From positions 1 through 41,789 of the IMG/VR virus record IMGVR_UViG_3300021560_000027: 41,789 nt of DNA; one strand, 5' to 3'. The DNA comes from a virus (lineage: Duplodnaviria > Caudoviricetes). Within the stretch, counting starts at the first letter, position 1. The number at the start of each line of letters is the position of its first letter. Below are positions 1 to 8,148 of the stretch, one piece after another. The notes below the pieces were generated by a model. That model did no database searches. It was not told the origin of the DNA and was given only the letters and a program-made list of their open reading frames with translations. The translations under genes were made by a program, and so were the position numbers.

Positions 1-123
1 CAGAATATAAAATTTACCGTGACGAAGCCATAGCCGCTGCCAAAGCAATGGCCAAATCAGACTTTTAAGGAGTATAAAAGAAAAAGCGCACCCAATTAGA
101 GCCCATCCCCCCGATGACCCCGC
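1..123. repeat. Terminal direct repeat, left copy (123 bp)
   Basis: Bases 1-123 (cagaatataa...gatgaccccgc) are identical to 41667-41789. Confidence 0.97.
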
Positions 124-164
124 TGGGTGCGCCAGAGGCTGGTAGTGCCCCCACTGCCAGCCTC
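86..164. terminator. Two adjacent stem-loops, possible terminator/RNA structure
   Basis: gcgcaccca (86-94) pairs with tgggtgcgc (124-132) after an A-tract; gaggctggtagtg-cccc-cactgccagcctc hairpin at 135-164. Confidence 0.4.
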
Positions 165-190
165 AACCTTTCTGGAAGACTGAGGCGACA

Positions 191-403
191 ATGAGAGCAA
201 GAACCTGGATCCCCTTTGCAACCTGGAGTCGCTGGACGCCGCAAGAACGAGCCGAGATCATCCGCTATTACGAAAGATTAGGCATTCCGTGGGCGATCGA
301 TCTTACAGGCGTCGATGACTACCTCGGCAACGAGATCCAAAAGGATTACGATGAGTATCGGGAGGATATGAGCCTTGGCGGCAAACGATACGACCCAATC
401 TGA
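191..403 (+). CDS. Hypothetical protein (70 aa)
   Basis: ATG preceded by gagg; no recognisable motif. Confidence 0.55.
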   Translation: MRARTWIPFATWSRWTPQERAEIIRYYERLGIPWAIDLTGVDDYLGNEIQKDYDEYREDMSLGGKRYDPI

Positions 404-539
404 GACCTGGATGGAAAAGCGTGGGCAATCGAAAGAGCAGGTTCTCAAAGACATGATTCGTGGCCGAGCACCCTTGCTGATGACGCCGGACCTGATCCCG
501 CAAGCTTTGCACTACTTACGATCCAAAGGCATGTTTTAA
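375..539 (+). CDS. Small hypothetical protein (54 aa, TTG start)
   Basis: Read by hand: ggagg RBS then TTG; MAANDTTQSETWMEKRGQ...SKGMF. Confidence 0.4.
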   Translation: MAANDTTQSETWMEKRGQSKEQVLKDMIRGRAPLLMTPDLIPQALHYLRSKGMF

Positions 540-669
540 TCACCAGTAAATATAGCCTCTCGAGCCAAGCAAGAGCACAAGAACCAGAAGCCACCAGGCA
601 ATAACGTGCCATGTCATAATTCCTTTAAATTAGACAATCGCGCCCTAAAGTGATGTGCTAGCCATCACA

Positions 670-1251
670 ATGATTGCAGATTATCAGCCTTTTGTAGAAC
701 GAATGATTGCTCGCTATGAGGGCGGTTATGGCTGGGATAAGGCCGATCCTGGCGGACCAACCAAATACGGCATTACTTGCTACGACCTGGCAAAGTTCAT
801 GGGCAAGCCTATGAACTCGATGGCGGAATGGGCGCCGATCGTCAAGGCGATGCCACTCTCTACTGCAGACGAGATCTACGCCAATGAATACGCAAAACCG
901 TGCCGGTTTAATGATCTTGGCGCCGGCAAGGACTGTGTAGTCTTTGATTTTGGCGTCAATTCCGGACCCTCGCGCGCGATCAAATACGCGCAGGACATCG
1001 TCGGCGTAACAGTCGATGGCGACCTCGGGCCGGTCAGTCTGTCGGCAATCAATAGCTTTGCGCCAGACCGTTTTATCGACGAGCTGTGCGATGCACGATT
1101 GAAGTTCCTGCAGGGCTTACGCACCTGGCCAAACTTTCGAAGAGGTTGGACCAGCCGCATTGAAGACCTGCGCTCCTATGCGCTTGGCTTGATCCCCGCA
1201 CCCGCGATCGCGCTGGCAAACGCCAAAGGCTATGAAGACACCATCGCATGA
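670..1251 (+). CDS. Endolysin, glycoside hydrolase family 108 with C-terminal peptidoglycan-binding domain
   Basis: YEGGY..D..DPGGPTKYGIT motif; FDFGVNSG, VDG.LGP and FRRGWTSR segments typical of GH108/PG_binding_3. Confidence 0.9.
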   Translation: MIADYQPFVERMIARYEGGYGWDKADPGGPTKYGITCYDLAKFMGKPMNSMAEWAPIVKAMPLSTADEIYANEYAKPCRFNDLGAGKDCVVFDFGVNSGPSRAIKYAQDIVGVTVDGDLGPVSLSAINSFAPDRFIDELCDARLKFLQGLRTWPNFRRGWTSRIEDLRSYALGLIPAPAIALANAKGYEDTIA

Positions 1252-1272
1252 GTTTTGCGCGGAGGAAAATAA

Positions 1273-1794
1273 ATGGCTTGGCACGGCTTCGGCATGTACG
1301 GCATGTTCGGCCCAGTTACTGATCCCGGCGAGGAAGTCTTTTCGAAACGAGTAGCTAGCTTAGGGATCAATATCCACAATTCCCCCTATCGCGATTACGA
1401 CGCAGGGAACATCGCGGCTATCATCGAAAAACTGCCAGAAACGGACGGTGTATTTGTTTGGGGCACTTCTTTGGGTGCCAATAACACACCAGTGACCTGC
1501 GGTTATACGAAACACCGGATTGACGGCGCCTTCGGCTTTCAAGCCTCGATCTACGGCTACCATTCCGAGCTCACCTCGAACGTCAAATTCGCCTGGTTGA
1601 CCTATTCCTATAATCCCATCCCTCTACCGGGATTAGGTGCCTATGTCTGGCAGACTGGAACCATTGATCCGAGCGTGTACCACCGCACGTTGCGAAATTT
1701 GCCCCATCCTGGCGATTCGGATATTCCTACCCAAGACGGCTACTTGGCCGCCATGAAGCGGATTATGGGCAGTGGAACCACAGCCAAGAGTTAG
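1273..1794 (+). CDS. Putative alpha/beta-hydrolase (esterase/cutinase-like)
   Basis: Strong GGAGG RBS; G-x-S-x-G nucleophile elbow (VWGTSLGAN) and a late His (LPHPGD). Confidence 0.55.
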   Translation: MAWHGFGMYGMFGPVTDPGEEVFSKRVASLGINIHNSPYRDYDAGNIAAIIEKLPETDGVFVWGTSLGANNTPVTCGYTKHRIDGAFGFQASIYGYHSELTSNVKFAWLTYSYNPIPLPGLGAYVWQTGTIDPSVYHRTLRNLPHPGDSDIPTQDGYLAAMKRIMGSGTTAKS

Positions 1795-2038
1795 GATCGA
1801 TCCCCGCTGGTCGTTCTGGCTTAGTATTCTACTTGGCGCCATGAGCTTTGTCGCTTCTTCCGGCGCGCTTCTGACCGACACCGGCGCCGACCCGCTCGTC
1901 ATCAAGCACGTTCTGGCATGGATCGGCTTATTGGTCGGCATCGGCAATATCGTCAATGCTGCACTAGCCGCAATTCCCGGCAATGACCCCGGTGGGGGCA
2001 ATTTCTACGCGAATCGCGTTCTGCCGCCCAAACAGTGA
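1772..2038 (+). CDS. Holin candidate (2 TM helices)
   Basis: Hydrophobic segments WSFWLSILLGAMSFVA and VLAWIGLLVGIGNIVNAALAAI; located in the lysis cassette. Confidence 0.55.
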   Translation: MEPQPRVRIDPRWSFWLSILLGAMSFVASSGALLTDTGADPLVIKHVLAWIGLLVGIGNIVNAALAAIPGNDPGGGNFYANRVLPPKQ

Positions 2039-2042
2039 GGCC

Positions 2043-2249
2043 ATGATGGCTGATTGGTTCGAGGCAATGGGACTGCATCACTTCGGCTTTAGCGATGAGC
2101 AAATCGCCCAGATCGACGCTGCCGTGCCCAAGGCGCAATATGTCTTAAACCTGGTGCAGAATAATCATACAGTGCTCAACGAATTATTCACTGTGGGCAA
2201 GATGATCGTCGACCAGATCGCCCAATATCAAAAGGATAACCCCTCCTGA
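2043..2249 (+). CDS. Hypothetical protein
   Basis: gagg RBS before ATG 2043; TGATG coupling to the next gene. Confidence 0.6.
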   Translation: MMADWFEAMGLHHFGFSDEQIAQIDAAVPKAQYVLNLVQNNHTVLNELFTVGKMIVDQIAQYQKDNPS

Positions 2250-2668
2250 TGCCAACCTTTCAGCAAGATCTGCAAGCGGTCGAGAATTGGGTTGTGCAGT
2301 TTCTCGCCACGATCAAAAAAGATGTCCAGATCGCCGAGCAAGACATCATCACCACTTTTAATTTCCTCCAGGCCCATTCCGGCACCATAGCCGCCGGGAT
2401 CACCGGCGTTCTCACCGCAGTCGCAGCGGCCGGCATCGGCATACCCGCTCCCGTTCTATTAGCAGCTCAGGGAGTGAATGCCGCAGCTCAGGCCATCAAT
2501 GCCGCCGTTGCCGCACAACAGGCCTCAGCGACCGCCGGAGGTTCAACCGGAGCCCAAACCATGGCACTACTCTCTACCGCCTACCAGAACCTCAAAAGCG
2601 CCCAAGCCGGCCTCGCTCAAGGCCAGGCCACCGTGGCGCAGGGCGGGACCACTCCTCCCGCGTCATAA
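2249..2668 (+). CDS. Ala/Gln-rich hypothetical protein with a hydrophobic segment, possibly lysis-associated
   Basis: IAAGITGVLTAVAAAGIGI hydrophobic stretch; operon context. Confidence 0.6.
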   Translation: MPTFQQDLQAVENWVVQFLATIKKDVQIAEQDIITTFNFLQAHSGTIAAGITGVLTAVAAAGIGIPAPVLLAAQGVNAAAQAINAAVAAQQASATAGGSTGAQTMALLSTAYQNLKSAQAGLAQGQATVAQGGTTPPAS

Positions 2669-3037
2669 ATGGTGGAAGTAGGACTAGAGTCCTTCCTAGA
2701 CCACTGGCTACCGACAATCGCCGCACTGATTGCGCTCGGCATCTGGGCAGGCCGGCTCGAGAATGTCACCCGGCAACATAAGCAAGAAATTGAAAAGCTG
2801 TGGCGGCTCTATGAAGCCTTGGAAATGGGTGGGTCTCGCGCACTTGGCGTTCATCTTGCCCGACTAGACAATGACGAGGCCGACATTAAAAATATCGATC
2901 ATCGCACCGAGGAGCTTGCCGCCCGATTAAACGAGGTCGAGCGCCGCGCCGCCGTTACCTCCGAGCGCTTGCGTAAAGCTAACGAACGATACGATCGCCT
3001 GCTGTCCAATAATAATCACCACAACAATCACGACTGA
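2669..3037 (+). CDS. Membrane-anchored coiled-coil protein (i-spanin-like or holin accessory)
   Basis: N-terminal TM WLPTIAALIALGIWAG followed by a heptad-like charged helix. Confidence 0.5.
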   Translation: MVEVGLESFLDHWLPTIAALIALGIWAGRLENVTRQHKQEIEKLWRLYEALEMGGSRALGVHLARLDNDEADIKNIDHRTEELAARLNEVERRAAVTSERLRKANERYDRLLSNNNHHNNHD

Positions 3038-3366
3038 TGATGTCCAAACATACTGATTGGGTCCGCACTACTGAATGCGCGGTCTGCGGTGATCATACCT
3101 CAGTCGAGCTCGCCCACTTGCGCTATTCACAATACCGCTCCGGGAAAGCCAATCCAGGCATCGGCCAAAAGCCCGCAGACCTGTGGACACTAGGACTATG
3201 CTCCTATCACCATGCCATGCAGCACAAAATGGGCGAACGGCATTTCTGGCAATCGCACGGCATAGATCCGATAATCTATTGTACGCTACTGCATCAATAT
3301 TCCGGCGATATCAATATGTTACCTTACATCAAGACCAAGGCCGGAACTCAAAAGCCAGGTCAGTAA
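3037..3366 (+). CDS. DUF968-like Zn-binding HNH-type protein
   Basis: CAVCG...AHLR...GIGQKP.D.W.L.LC..HH..QH..GE..FW..HGID pattern. Confidence 0.7.
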   Translation: MMSKHTDWVRTTECAVCGDHTSVELAHLRYSQYRSGKANPGIGQKPADLWTLGLCSYHHAMQHKMGERHFWQSHGIDPIIYCTLLHQYSGDINMLPYIKTKAGTQKPGQ

Positions 3367-3377
3367 TTATTTAAACG

Positions 3378-3587
3378 ATGGTCCAAACCCTAATCCATAT
3401 CCTTATCGCCCTAATCATCGCCGGATTTATCCTGTGGGCGTTGCGCCAAATCATGGGGCTAATCCCAATGGATGCCTGGCTCAAACAGGTAATCGAGACA
3501 CTAATCCTGATTGCCGTTGTGGCTGTCGTGCTGGTTTACGTCTTAATCCCACTTCTCAATATGCTCGCAGGACAATTACATCTTTAG
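3378..3587 (+). CDS. Small two-TM membrane protein
   Basis: 69 aa, almost entirely two hydrophobic helices separated by IPMDAWLK. Confidence 0.7.
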   Translation: MVQTLIHILIALIIAGFILWALRQIMGLIPMDAWLKQVIETLILIAVVAVVLVYVLIPLLNMLAGQLHL

Positions 3588-3791
3588 CTCAACATACTTT
3601 TGCAATCCCGGATGCTTTTCGTACCAATCTTTTAATCTTTTCGGATAATACTTTCTAAGCCATTTGGTAGCTTCCAAAGTACTCTCAGCAAAGCCACCCC
3701 TAGCTACTCTTTGCCGAGCCTCAAACTCAGCAAAAGCCTCATCCTCGGCTTTAACCTTATCCCAGAATTCCCATAAAAGATTTCGTCTCAA
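3576..3791 (-). CDS. Hypothetical protein
   Basis: ORF 3576-3839; TTG at 3791 has a GGAAGGAGG RBS. Confidence 0.55.
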   Translation of the reverse strand: MRRNLLWEFWDKVKAEDEAFAEFEARQRVARGGFAESTLEATKWLRKYYPKRLKDWYEKHPGLQKYVELKM

Positions 3792-3888
3792 GACAGAGTC
3801 CTCCTTCCGTATGGCTGGCTGGCAAGTAAGCCAGACCAACCACCCCCATAGATTCTATAACCTTAGTACCCGTATCGTGGGCCAGACG

Positions 3889-4231
3889 CGGCTGGGGAGG
3901 GGCTCGGACCCTCCAAACGCCATTCATACCTAAGGTTGCTGCTGGACAATTGGGGTGGACTCCAGCACGGTCGGAACCGGCATTACTGCCGTAAGTTCCC
4001 GGAATCTCCGACACCGGAATCTGCCGGCCCAGCCATGGTTCTTGAAAGTACGCTCAATCGGAAGTATCTTTCCGGGCGTTAACGGGCGCTTCGGTCGGAA
4101 CCATGTAAGTGCCTTAGCGTCCGAACTAGGCCCCGACACGCAGAGAAAGCGAAATCGGGGCCTAATCATTTTGGGGAAGATCCTTTCATGAGGGTCGTTT
4201 GGGCTGGGTCGTCGATACAGCGACTCAGCCC
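3889..4231 (+). ncRNA. Candidate multi-stem structured RNA or origin element
   Basis: Nested helices 3890-3896/4028-4034, 4035-4041/4098-4104, 4127-4136/4155-4164 and 4201-4211/4221-4231, plus internal hairpins; G-U pairs and a cUUCGg favour the + strand. Confidence 0.45.
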
Positions 4232-4238
4232 CTTCACT

Positions 4239-4790
4239 TTAGAACTTAGATGGCAGCAAACCTAAATTATTTTTGTAGTTATCCATACAATCCATCATAG
4301 ACGGGGAAAACCCGAAAGACTCGAGAATCTCTTCGTAATAGCGCAGGGCCTCTTCCATAAAGGGGTTAGTCTTGCGCTCCTTACCTAGTTTGATCCAAGC
4401 GTAATAGACCGTGGTACGATCGCGATTTAAGTATTTGGCAATCACAGGCCACTCACGTGAACCATATTGCCGAGCCAGATAAGCAAATATCTGCCGCACT
4501 TCGACAATCCGCTTGTTGCGATAGCCGCCCTGTAATTCGGTTATAGTAATCTGCTCATGGTGAGACACCCACTTGAGCAGAGCACCCAAGGATAGCTTCC
4601 GATTGAACAAATTAAGTGTGGATAAGTCGAATTTAGAAGGCGGCTGGTAGGTTCGAAGTGGCGGTAATTTGACTGTCGGCGGCGGGGGAGGATCGACAAG
4701 AGGATTGTATTTTTTTGTCTTTGGCGTCTCACCCATCAAACGCTTGTGGGCAGCAGCGTATCCGTTTACTAAGTCTTGCGTATATGACAT
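4239..4790 (-). CDS. DnaA C-terminal (domain IV) helix-turn-helix protein
   Basis: RNKRIVEVRQIFAYLARQY...IAKYLNRDRTTVYYA matches the DnaA domain IV signature (R..RQ..YL, RDHTTV); RBS before ATG 4790. Confidence 0.8.
   Translation of the reverse strand: MSYTQDLVNGYAAAHKRLMGETPKTKKYNPLVDPPPPPTVKLPPLRTYQPPSKFDLSTLNLFNRKLSLGALLKWVSHHEQITITELQGGYRNKRIVEVRQIFAYLARQYGSREWPVIAKYLNRDRTTVYYAWIKLGKERKTNPFMEEALRYYEEILESFGFSPSMMDCMDNYKNNLGLLPSKF
4617..4625 (-). promoter_or_regulatory. Perfect DnaA box TTATCCACA
   Basis: tgtggataa on + strand, inside the DnaA-domain gene. Confidence 0.4.
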
Positions 4791-4880
4791 GTCTCCCTCA
4801 TTAGAGATCGGACACCCATCGCTATTCTTGCTTAACTGTCGTGCGACTGACAAGCCAATGTCGGGTTAACTACGCAAATC

Positions 4881-4896
4881 TGTGATGCGCATCACA
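4881..4896. promoter_or_regulatory. Perfect 16-bp palindrome of CRP-box type, TGTGA-N6-TCACA
   Basis: tgtgatgcgcatcaca between divergent genes 4790(-) and 4928(+). Confidence 0.55.
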
Positions 4897-4927
4897 TGTT
4901 CCTGATTCGAACCCCCCAGAACGAATC

Positions 4928-5251
4928 ATGATTGCCGATGAGGATATCGAACGAGAGGTTGACTGGCTGGCTACAAGTGCCCGTACTTGTGCCCAAGCAG
5001 TAGCCGAGCGGGTATACCTCGAGAAATACACCGACGTATTACGGAGCCTCCTAATGGCAGAGCACCCCACTCTGTCGATCGCCGCCCAGGAACGCGAAGC
5101 TTGCAAGGACGATCGTTACCTGACTCATCTGGACGGCTTGCGGGAGGCTGTGCAGAGAGAAAAAGCCTTGTTGTTCCGTCGCCATGCCGCCGAGGCTAAA
5201 CTTTCGGCCTGGCAGACCCAGCATGCAACCGAGCGGGCCTTGAAGCTTTAG
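4928..5251 (+). CDS. Hypothetical helical phage protein (107 aa)
   Basis: Protein-like composition, long amphipathic helices; no family assigned. Confidence 0.7.
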   Translation: MIADEDIEREVDWLATSARTCAQAVAERVYLEKYTDVLRSLLMAEHPTLSIAAQEREACKDDRYLTHLDGLREAVQREKALLFRRHAAEAKLSAWQTQHATERALKL

Positions 5252-5513
5252 GCCTTGAAACTCTCGGCAAGAACAAGTCTGGGGCCAAGACCTCAAGCGG
5301 CAACTGGGTAATCTTGTGCACCATGTACAATCGATCCCTAGGAATTTTTACCCAGTGATTGATTGATTGAACCTTGATCCCGAGATTATGCGCCAGGAAC
5401 TGCTTGCCGGAGCCGTACCACCAGGTCCGTGGTCTTGTAATATCCTTGCCGGCGAGCTCGGCCGCCCGGCGGATAGCCAACCTCAATCCTGAGTTTGGCT
5501 TCTTGAGAAACAT
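5196..5513 (-). CDS. Cro/YdaS-like transcriptional regulator
   Basis: G.KQFLAHNLGIKVQSINHWVKIP...LAPDLF resembles Cro-like HTH proteins ending LRPD(L/I)F. Confidence 0.7.
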   Translation of the reverse strand: MFLKKPNSGLRLAIRRAAELAGKDITRPRTWWYGSGKQFLAHNLGIKVQSINHWVKIPRDRLYMVHKITQLPLEVLAPDLFLPRVSRPKASRPARLHAGSARPKV

Positions 5514-5532
5514 GTTTCCGCCCGGTGGCATG

Positions 5533-5562
5533 TTGACATCCTGCTTGACGCATGCTTATAAG
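5533..5562 (+). promoter_or_regulatory. Putative sigma70 promoter for the rightward operon
   Basis: TTGACA (5533) - 18 nt - TATAAG (5557); a second TTGACG at 5545. Confidence 0.45.
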
Positions 5563-5587
5563 CGAACTGCTTAGCAGAGGTTATTCC

Positions 5588-6067
5588 ATGGCGCAAGCTG
5601 ACATCACCATTAAGCATACTGGACTGAACGAAAAGTCCCGAGGCAAATACGGCTTTATCGTATCCTCTGAGGGCGATACTTATGGCTGCTTGGGCACGCA
5701 ACTTCAGCAATTCAAAACCGGCAACGGCTATCGTATTCAATTCCACGTCAACGACAAAGGTTACAAAGAGTTTGATTCCATCATTAAACAATTGACCGGC
5801 GCCGAGGCGCCGTTGCCGCCTAAGCGCAATGAGCGGCCTCGTACCAATCTGGAAGACAGCGATCGCATGGGCACTATGGGCATGACCCAGAACGTGCTGC
5901 AGGGGATGGCTTATGCGTGTCCAAATATCGATGAGTTCATAGAAAGACACCGAGGAAAGATTGGCAAGTTAATCGACTTTCTGAATGACGAACTGCACAG
6001 CACCAAGATGCACGGCGCCCAGGTCCAGTCACGTGACGATCTCCAGGATAAGATCCAACACCAATGA
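5588..6067 (+). CDS. Hypothetical protein, possibly ssDNA-binding/recombination (OB-like N-terminus, acidic tail)
   Basis: gagg RBS; beta-rich N-terminus and C-terminal RDDLQDKI resembling SSB-type tails; function speculative. Confidence 0.6.
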   Translation: MAQADITIKHTGLNEKSRGKYGFIVSSEGDTYGCLGTQLQQFKTGNGYRIQFHVNDKGYKEFDSIIKQLTGAEAPLPPKRNERPRTNLEDSDRMGTMGMTQNVLQGMAYACPNIDEFIERHRGKIGKLIDFLNDELHSTKMHGAQVQSRDDLQDKIQHQ

Positions 6068-6319
6068 CATTTTCTGCACCAATACAAAGCGAATCTCTAT
6101 GGTTTTGGTATAACGGCGCAACGCGCCAATGATCATAAACCATATCCTGAGTGGGAAGCGTGCAATGGTTGGGTTAGCGAGATCGAAGATGGCTGGTATC
6201 AACTCAATGGCGAGCATGTGCCGTTTGATTGGCATGAAGCTGTCTTTAGTTTCCGAGCCCGTGGTGTACCAGACTGCAATATGCGCTGGCCAATAACGCC
6301 AGCGCGGATGAGTTGGTGA
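6068..6319 (+). other. 83-codon open frame with no start codon at its 5' end
   Basis: In frame directly after the TGA of 5588-6067; HFLHQYKANLYGFG...PARMSW; its stop overlaps the GTG of the next gene. Confidence 0.4.
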
Positions 6320-6423
6320 AAAAAATGATGAGGGCTAAGCTCTACACGCACGCGCTCGAGTTCCTCTGTTACGTGCTGATTTTCGTTGTGGTGTTTACTT
6401 ATATTTACCGGTCGTTCTCATGA
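6316..6423 (+). CDS. Small single-TM peptide (35 aa)
   Basis: MKKMMRAKLYTHALEFLCYVLIFVVVFTYIYRSFS; ATGA overlap with neuB. Confidence 0.5.
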   Translation: MKKMMRAKLYTHALEFLCYVLIFVVVFTYIYRSFS

Positions 6424-7250
6424 CTTTCATTATTGCCGAGATCGGCATTAACCATAACGGCTCAGTCGAACTCGCCAAGGAAATCATCAATGCCGCCAGA
6501 TGGGCCGGCGCGGATTGCGTGAAGTTTCAAAAGCGCGATGTGGCAACCGTTTATGCCGGCGAGATGGACAAGCCGCGGGAATCTCCCTGGGGCGACACGC
6601 TAGGAGCCCAGAAATACGGGCTTGAGCTTAATCAGTACCAATACGATCAAATCAACGAGCATTGCCGCAAAATCAAGATGCCATGGTTCGCCTCGGCATG
6701 GGACGTCGAAAGTCTAGAGTTTCTGTCGCAATACGAACTGCCCTATAACAAGATTGCCTCGGCGATGATCACCAACAAGCCGTTTCTAGGGGCGGTGGCA
6801 TCAGAATCCAAGCCGACGTTTGTTTCCACTGCGATGGCGACCACGCAGGACATTCAGGATGCAATCGATATTTTCCAAAACAAAGCAGCCGCTGTTACGC
6901 TTATGCATTGCGTTGGCGTTTATCCTTGCCCCGAGCACTGGCTCAACCTGCATCGGATCGTATCCCTACACGAAGCATTCGGTCTCCCGGTTGGTTACTC
7001 CGGTCACGAAAATTCAGTTAGTCCCTCAGTGGTGGCTGCGGTCCTTGGCGCAGTAGCGATCGAGCGGCACATCACCACCGATCGATCCATGTACGGATCG
7101 GACCAGGCTGCGAGCCTTGAGCCGCACGGCTTCAAGCAGCTCGTCGACACTATTGCCAAAGTACCGAAAATAATGGGCAGCGGGCAGGTCAATACCATCC
7201 TGCCCGAGGAACAAGCCGTCGCTAAAAAGCTTCGTTATTGGGAGCGCTAA
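6420..7250 (+). CDS. neuB: NeuB-family nonulosonic acid (sialic/pseudaminic/legionaminic-type) synthase, no C-terminal SAF/AFP domain
   Basis: IIAEIGINHNGS, GAD.VKFQKR, KIASA, MHCV..YP, GYSGHE, IERHIT.DR.MYGSDQAASLEP. Confidence 0.95.
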   Translation: MTFIIAEIGINHNGSVELAKEIINAARWAGADCVKFQKRDVATVYAGEMDKPRESPWGDTLGAQKYGLELNQYQYDQINEHCRKIKMPWFASAWDVESLEFLSQYELPYNKIASAMITNKPFLGAVASESKPTFVSTAMATTQDIQDAIDIFQNKAAAVTLMHCVGVYPCPEHWLNLHRIVSLHEAFGLPVGYSGHENSVSPSVVAAVLGAVAIERHITTDRSMYGSDQAASLEPHGFKQLVDTIAKVPKIMGSGQVNTILPEEQAVAKKLRYWER

Positions 7251-7252
7251 TC

Positions 7253-7450
7253 ATGCCTACGAAAACTAAGAGGGGCAAACCAAGCAAGCCAAGGAGTATG
7301 TCTATGACTACCAAGACAACCGAGAAGATGGATCTCAAGGCCGAAATCCTGCATCTAGTAAAAATGCTGGAAGGCACCGGGAATTATACTCAGGAAGAAA
7401 AGAACGTGCACTTGGCAAAGATCCTGGAAGAGGTCGAAAACCTGCAGTGA
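7253..7450 (+). CDS. Hypothetical protein (start uncertain)
   Basis: Fills the gap between neuB and the cytidylyltransferase; GTGA overlap downstream. Confidence 0.55.
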   Translation: MPTKTKRGKPSKPRSMSMTTKTTEKMDLKAEILHLVKMLEGTGNYTQEEKNVHLAKILEEVENLQ

Positions 7451-8148
7451 CTATTCCATGCTTTGTTCTTGCCAGAGCAAATTCAGAACGCCTGCCGAGG
7501 AAGCACTTCTTGCCCCTCGGCGGGCTTCCGATGATCGAGCACGTACTGCGTCGGGCACAGCATTTCGGCTTTCATCCAATTCTATGCATTCCAACGGGGG
7601 AATATGATGAATTCAATGCCGCCGTCACAACGATTGATTTATTTGAGGGCCATGCAACAGACGTTCAAACCCGGCTTATGGAGTGTGCCCACCACCACAA
7701 GATCCGCATATTTCATGCGCTTGACGGCGATGATCCGTTCTTTGACCCGTTCGCTGTCATTGAGAGTTACCAGTCAGCAATTGCCCAGCGCCTCTACCGC
7801 ATCCTGCCCTCTTATCATTCACAATCCGGTTCCGGGCGAATGGGGACAACTTACAACCTTGAATGTCCCACGGGTGGGGAGCGTCATTTATTGGACAGCG
7901 CCGACTACCCATGGCCCCAGCGAATCACCGTCGATTACGAAGAGGATTATCACCTTGTGTGCACCATAGACCGTGCGGTCGGCGGTTACATGGCGCTGCG
8001 CAAGGAAGTCGATACACTGTTTGTTAGAAACCCGCAGCTACATTTGCTGAACTGGTTTCGAACCCAAGAGTGGCGAGAAAGGCAGCTCGATGAGCAGCGA
8101 TCCGGTCCAGCAGTTCGAGAAGAGATTTGCCAGCAAGCTAGGAGCTGA
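7447..8148 (+). CDS. Cytidylyltransferase (NeuA/KdsB/SpsF family, CMP-ulosonate synthetase-like)
   Basis: LARANSERLPRK..L.LGG.PMIEHV..RA, LDGDDPF.DP, RITVDY.EDY. Confidence 0.88.
   Translation: MTIPCFVLARANSERLPRKHFLPLGGLPMIEHVLRRAQHFGFHPILCIPTGEYDEFNAAVTTIDLFEGHATDVQTRLMECAHHHKIRIFHALDGDDPFFDPFAVIESYQSAIAQRLYRILPSYHSQSGSGRMGTTYNLECPTGGERHLLDSADYPWPQRITVDYEEDYHLVCTIDRAVGGYMALRKEVDTLFVRNPQLHLLNWFRTQEWRERQLDEQRSGPAVREEICQQARS

Noticed and set aside
2669-3037. Firm i-spanin/o-spanin assignment
   Set aside because: The TM plus coiled coil fits an i-spanin, but no partner lipoprotein with a lipobox Cys was found
4449-4464. Second parS-like site (ccactcacgtgaacca)
   Set aside because: Only the core tcacgtga matches; several mismatches and it lies within a coding sequence
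6065-6067. Genome-wide stop-codon reassignment
   Set aside because: All recognisable genes are intact in code 11 and TGA, TAA and TAG all serve as coupled stops; only one local anomaly
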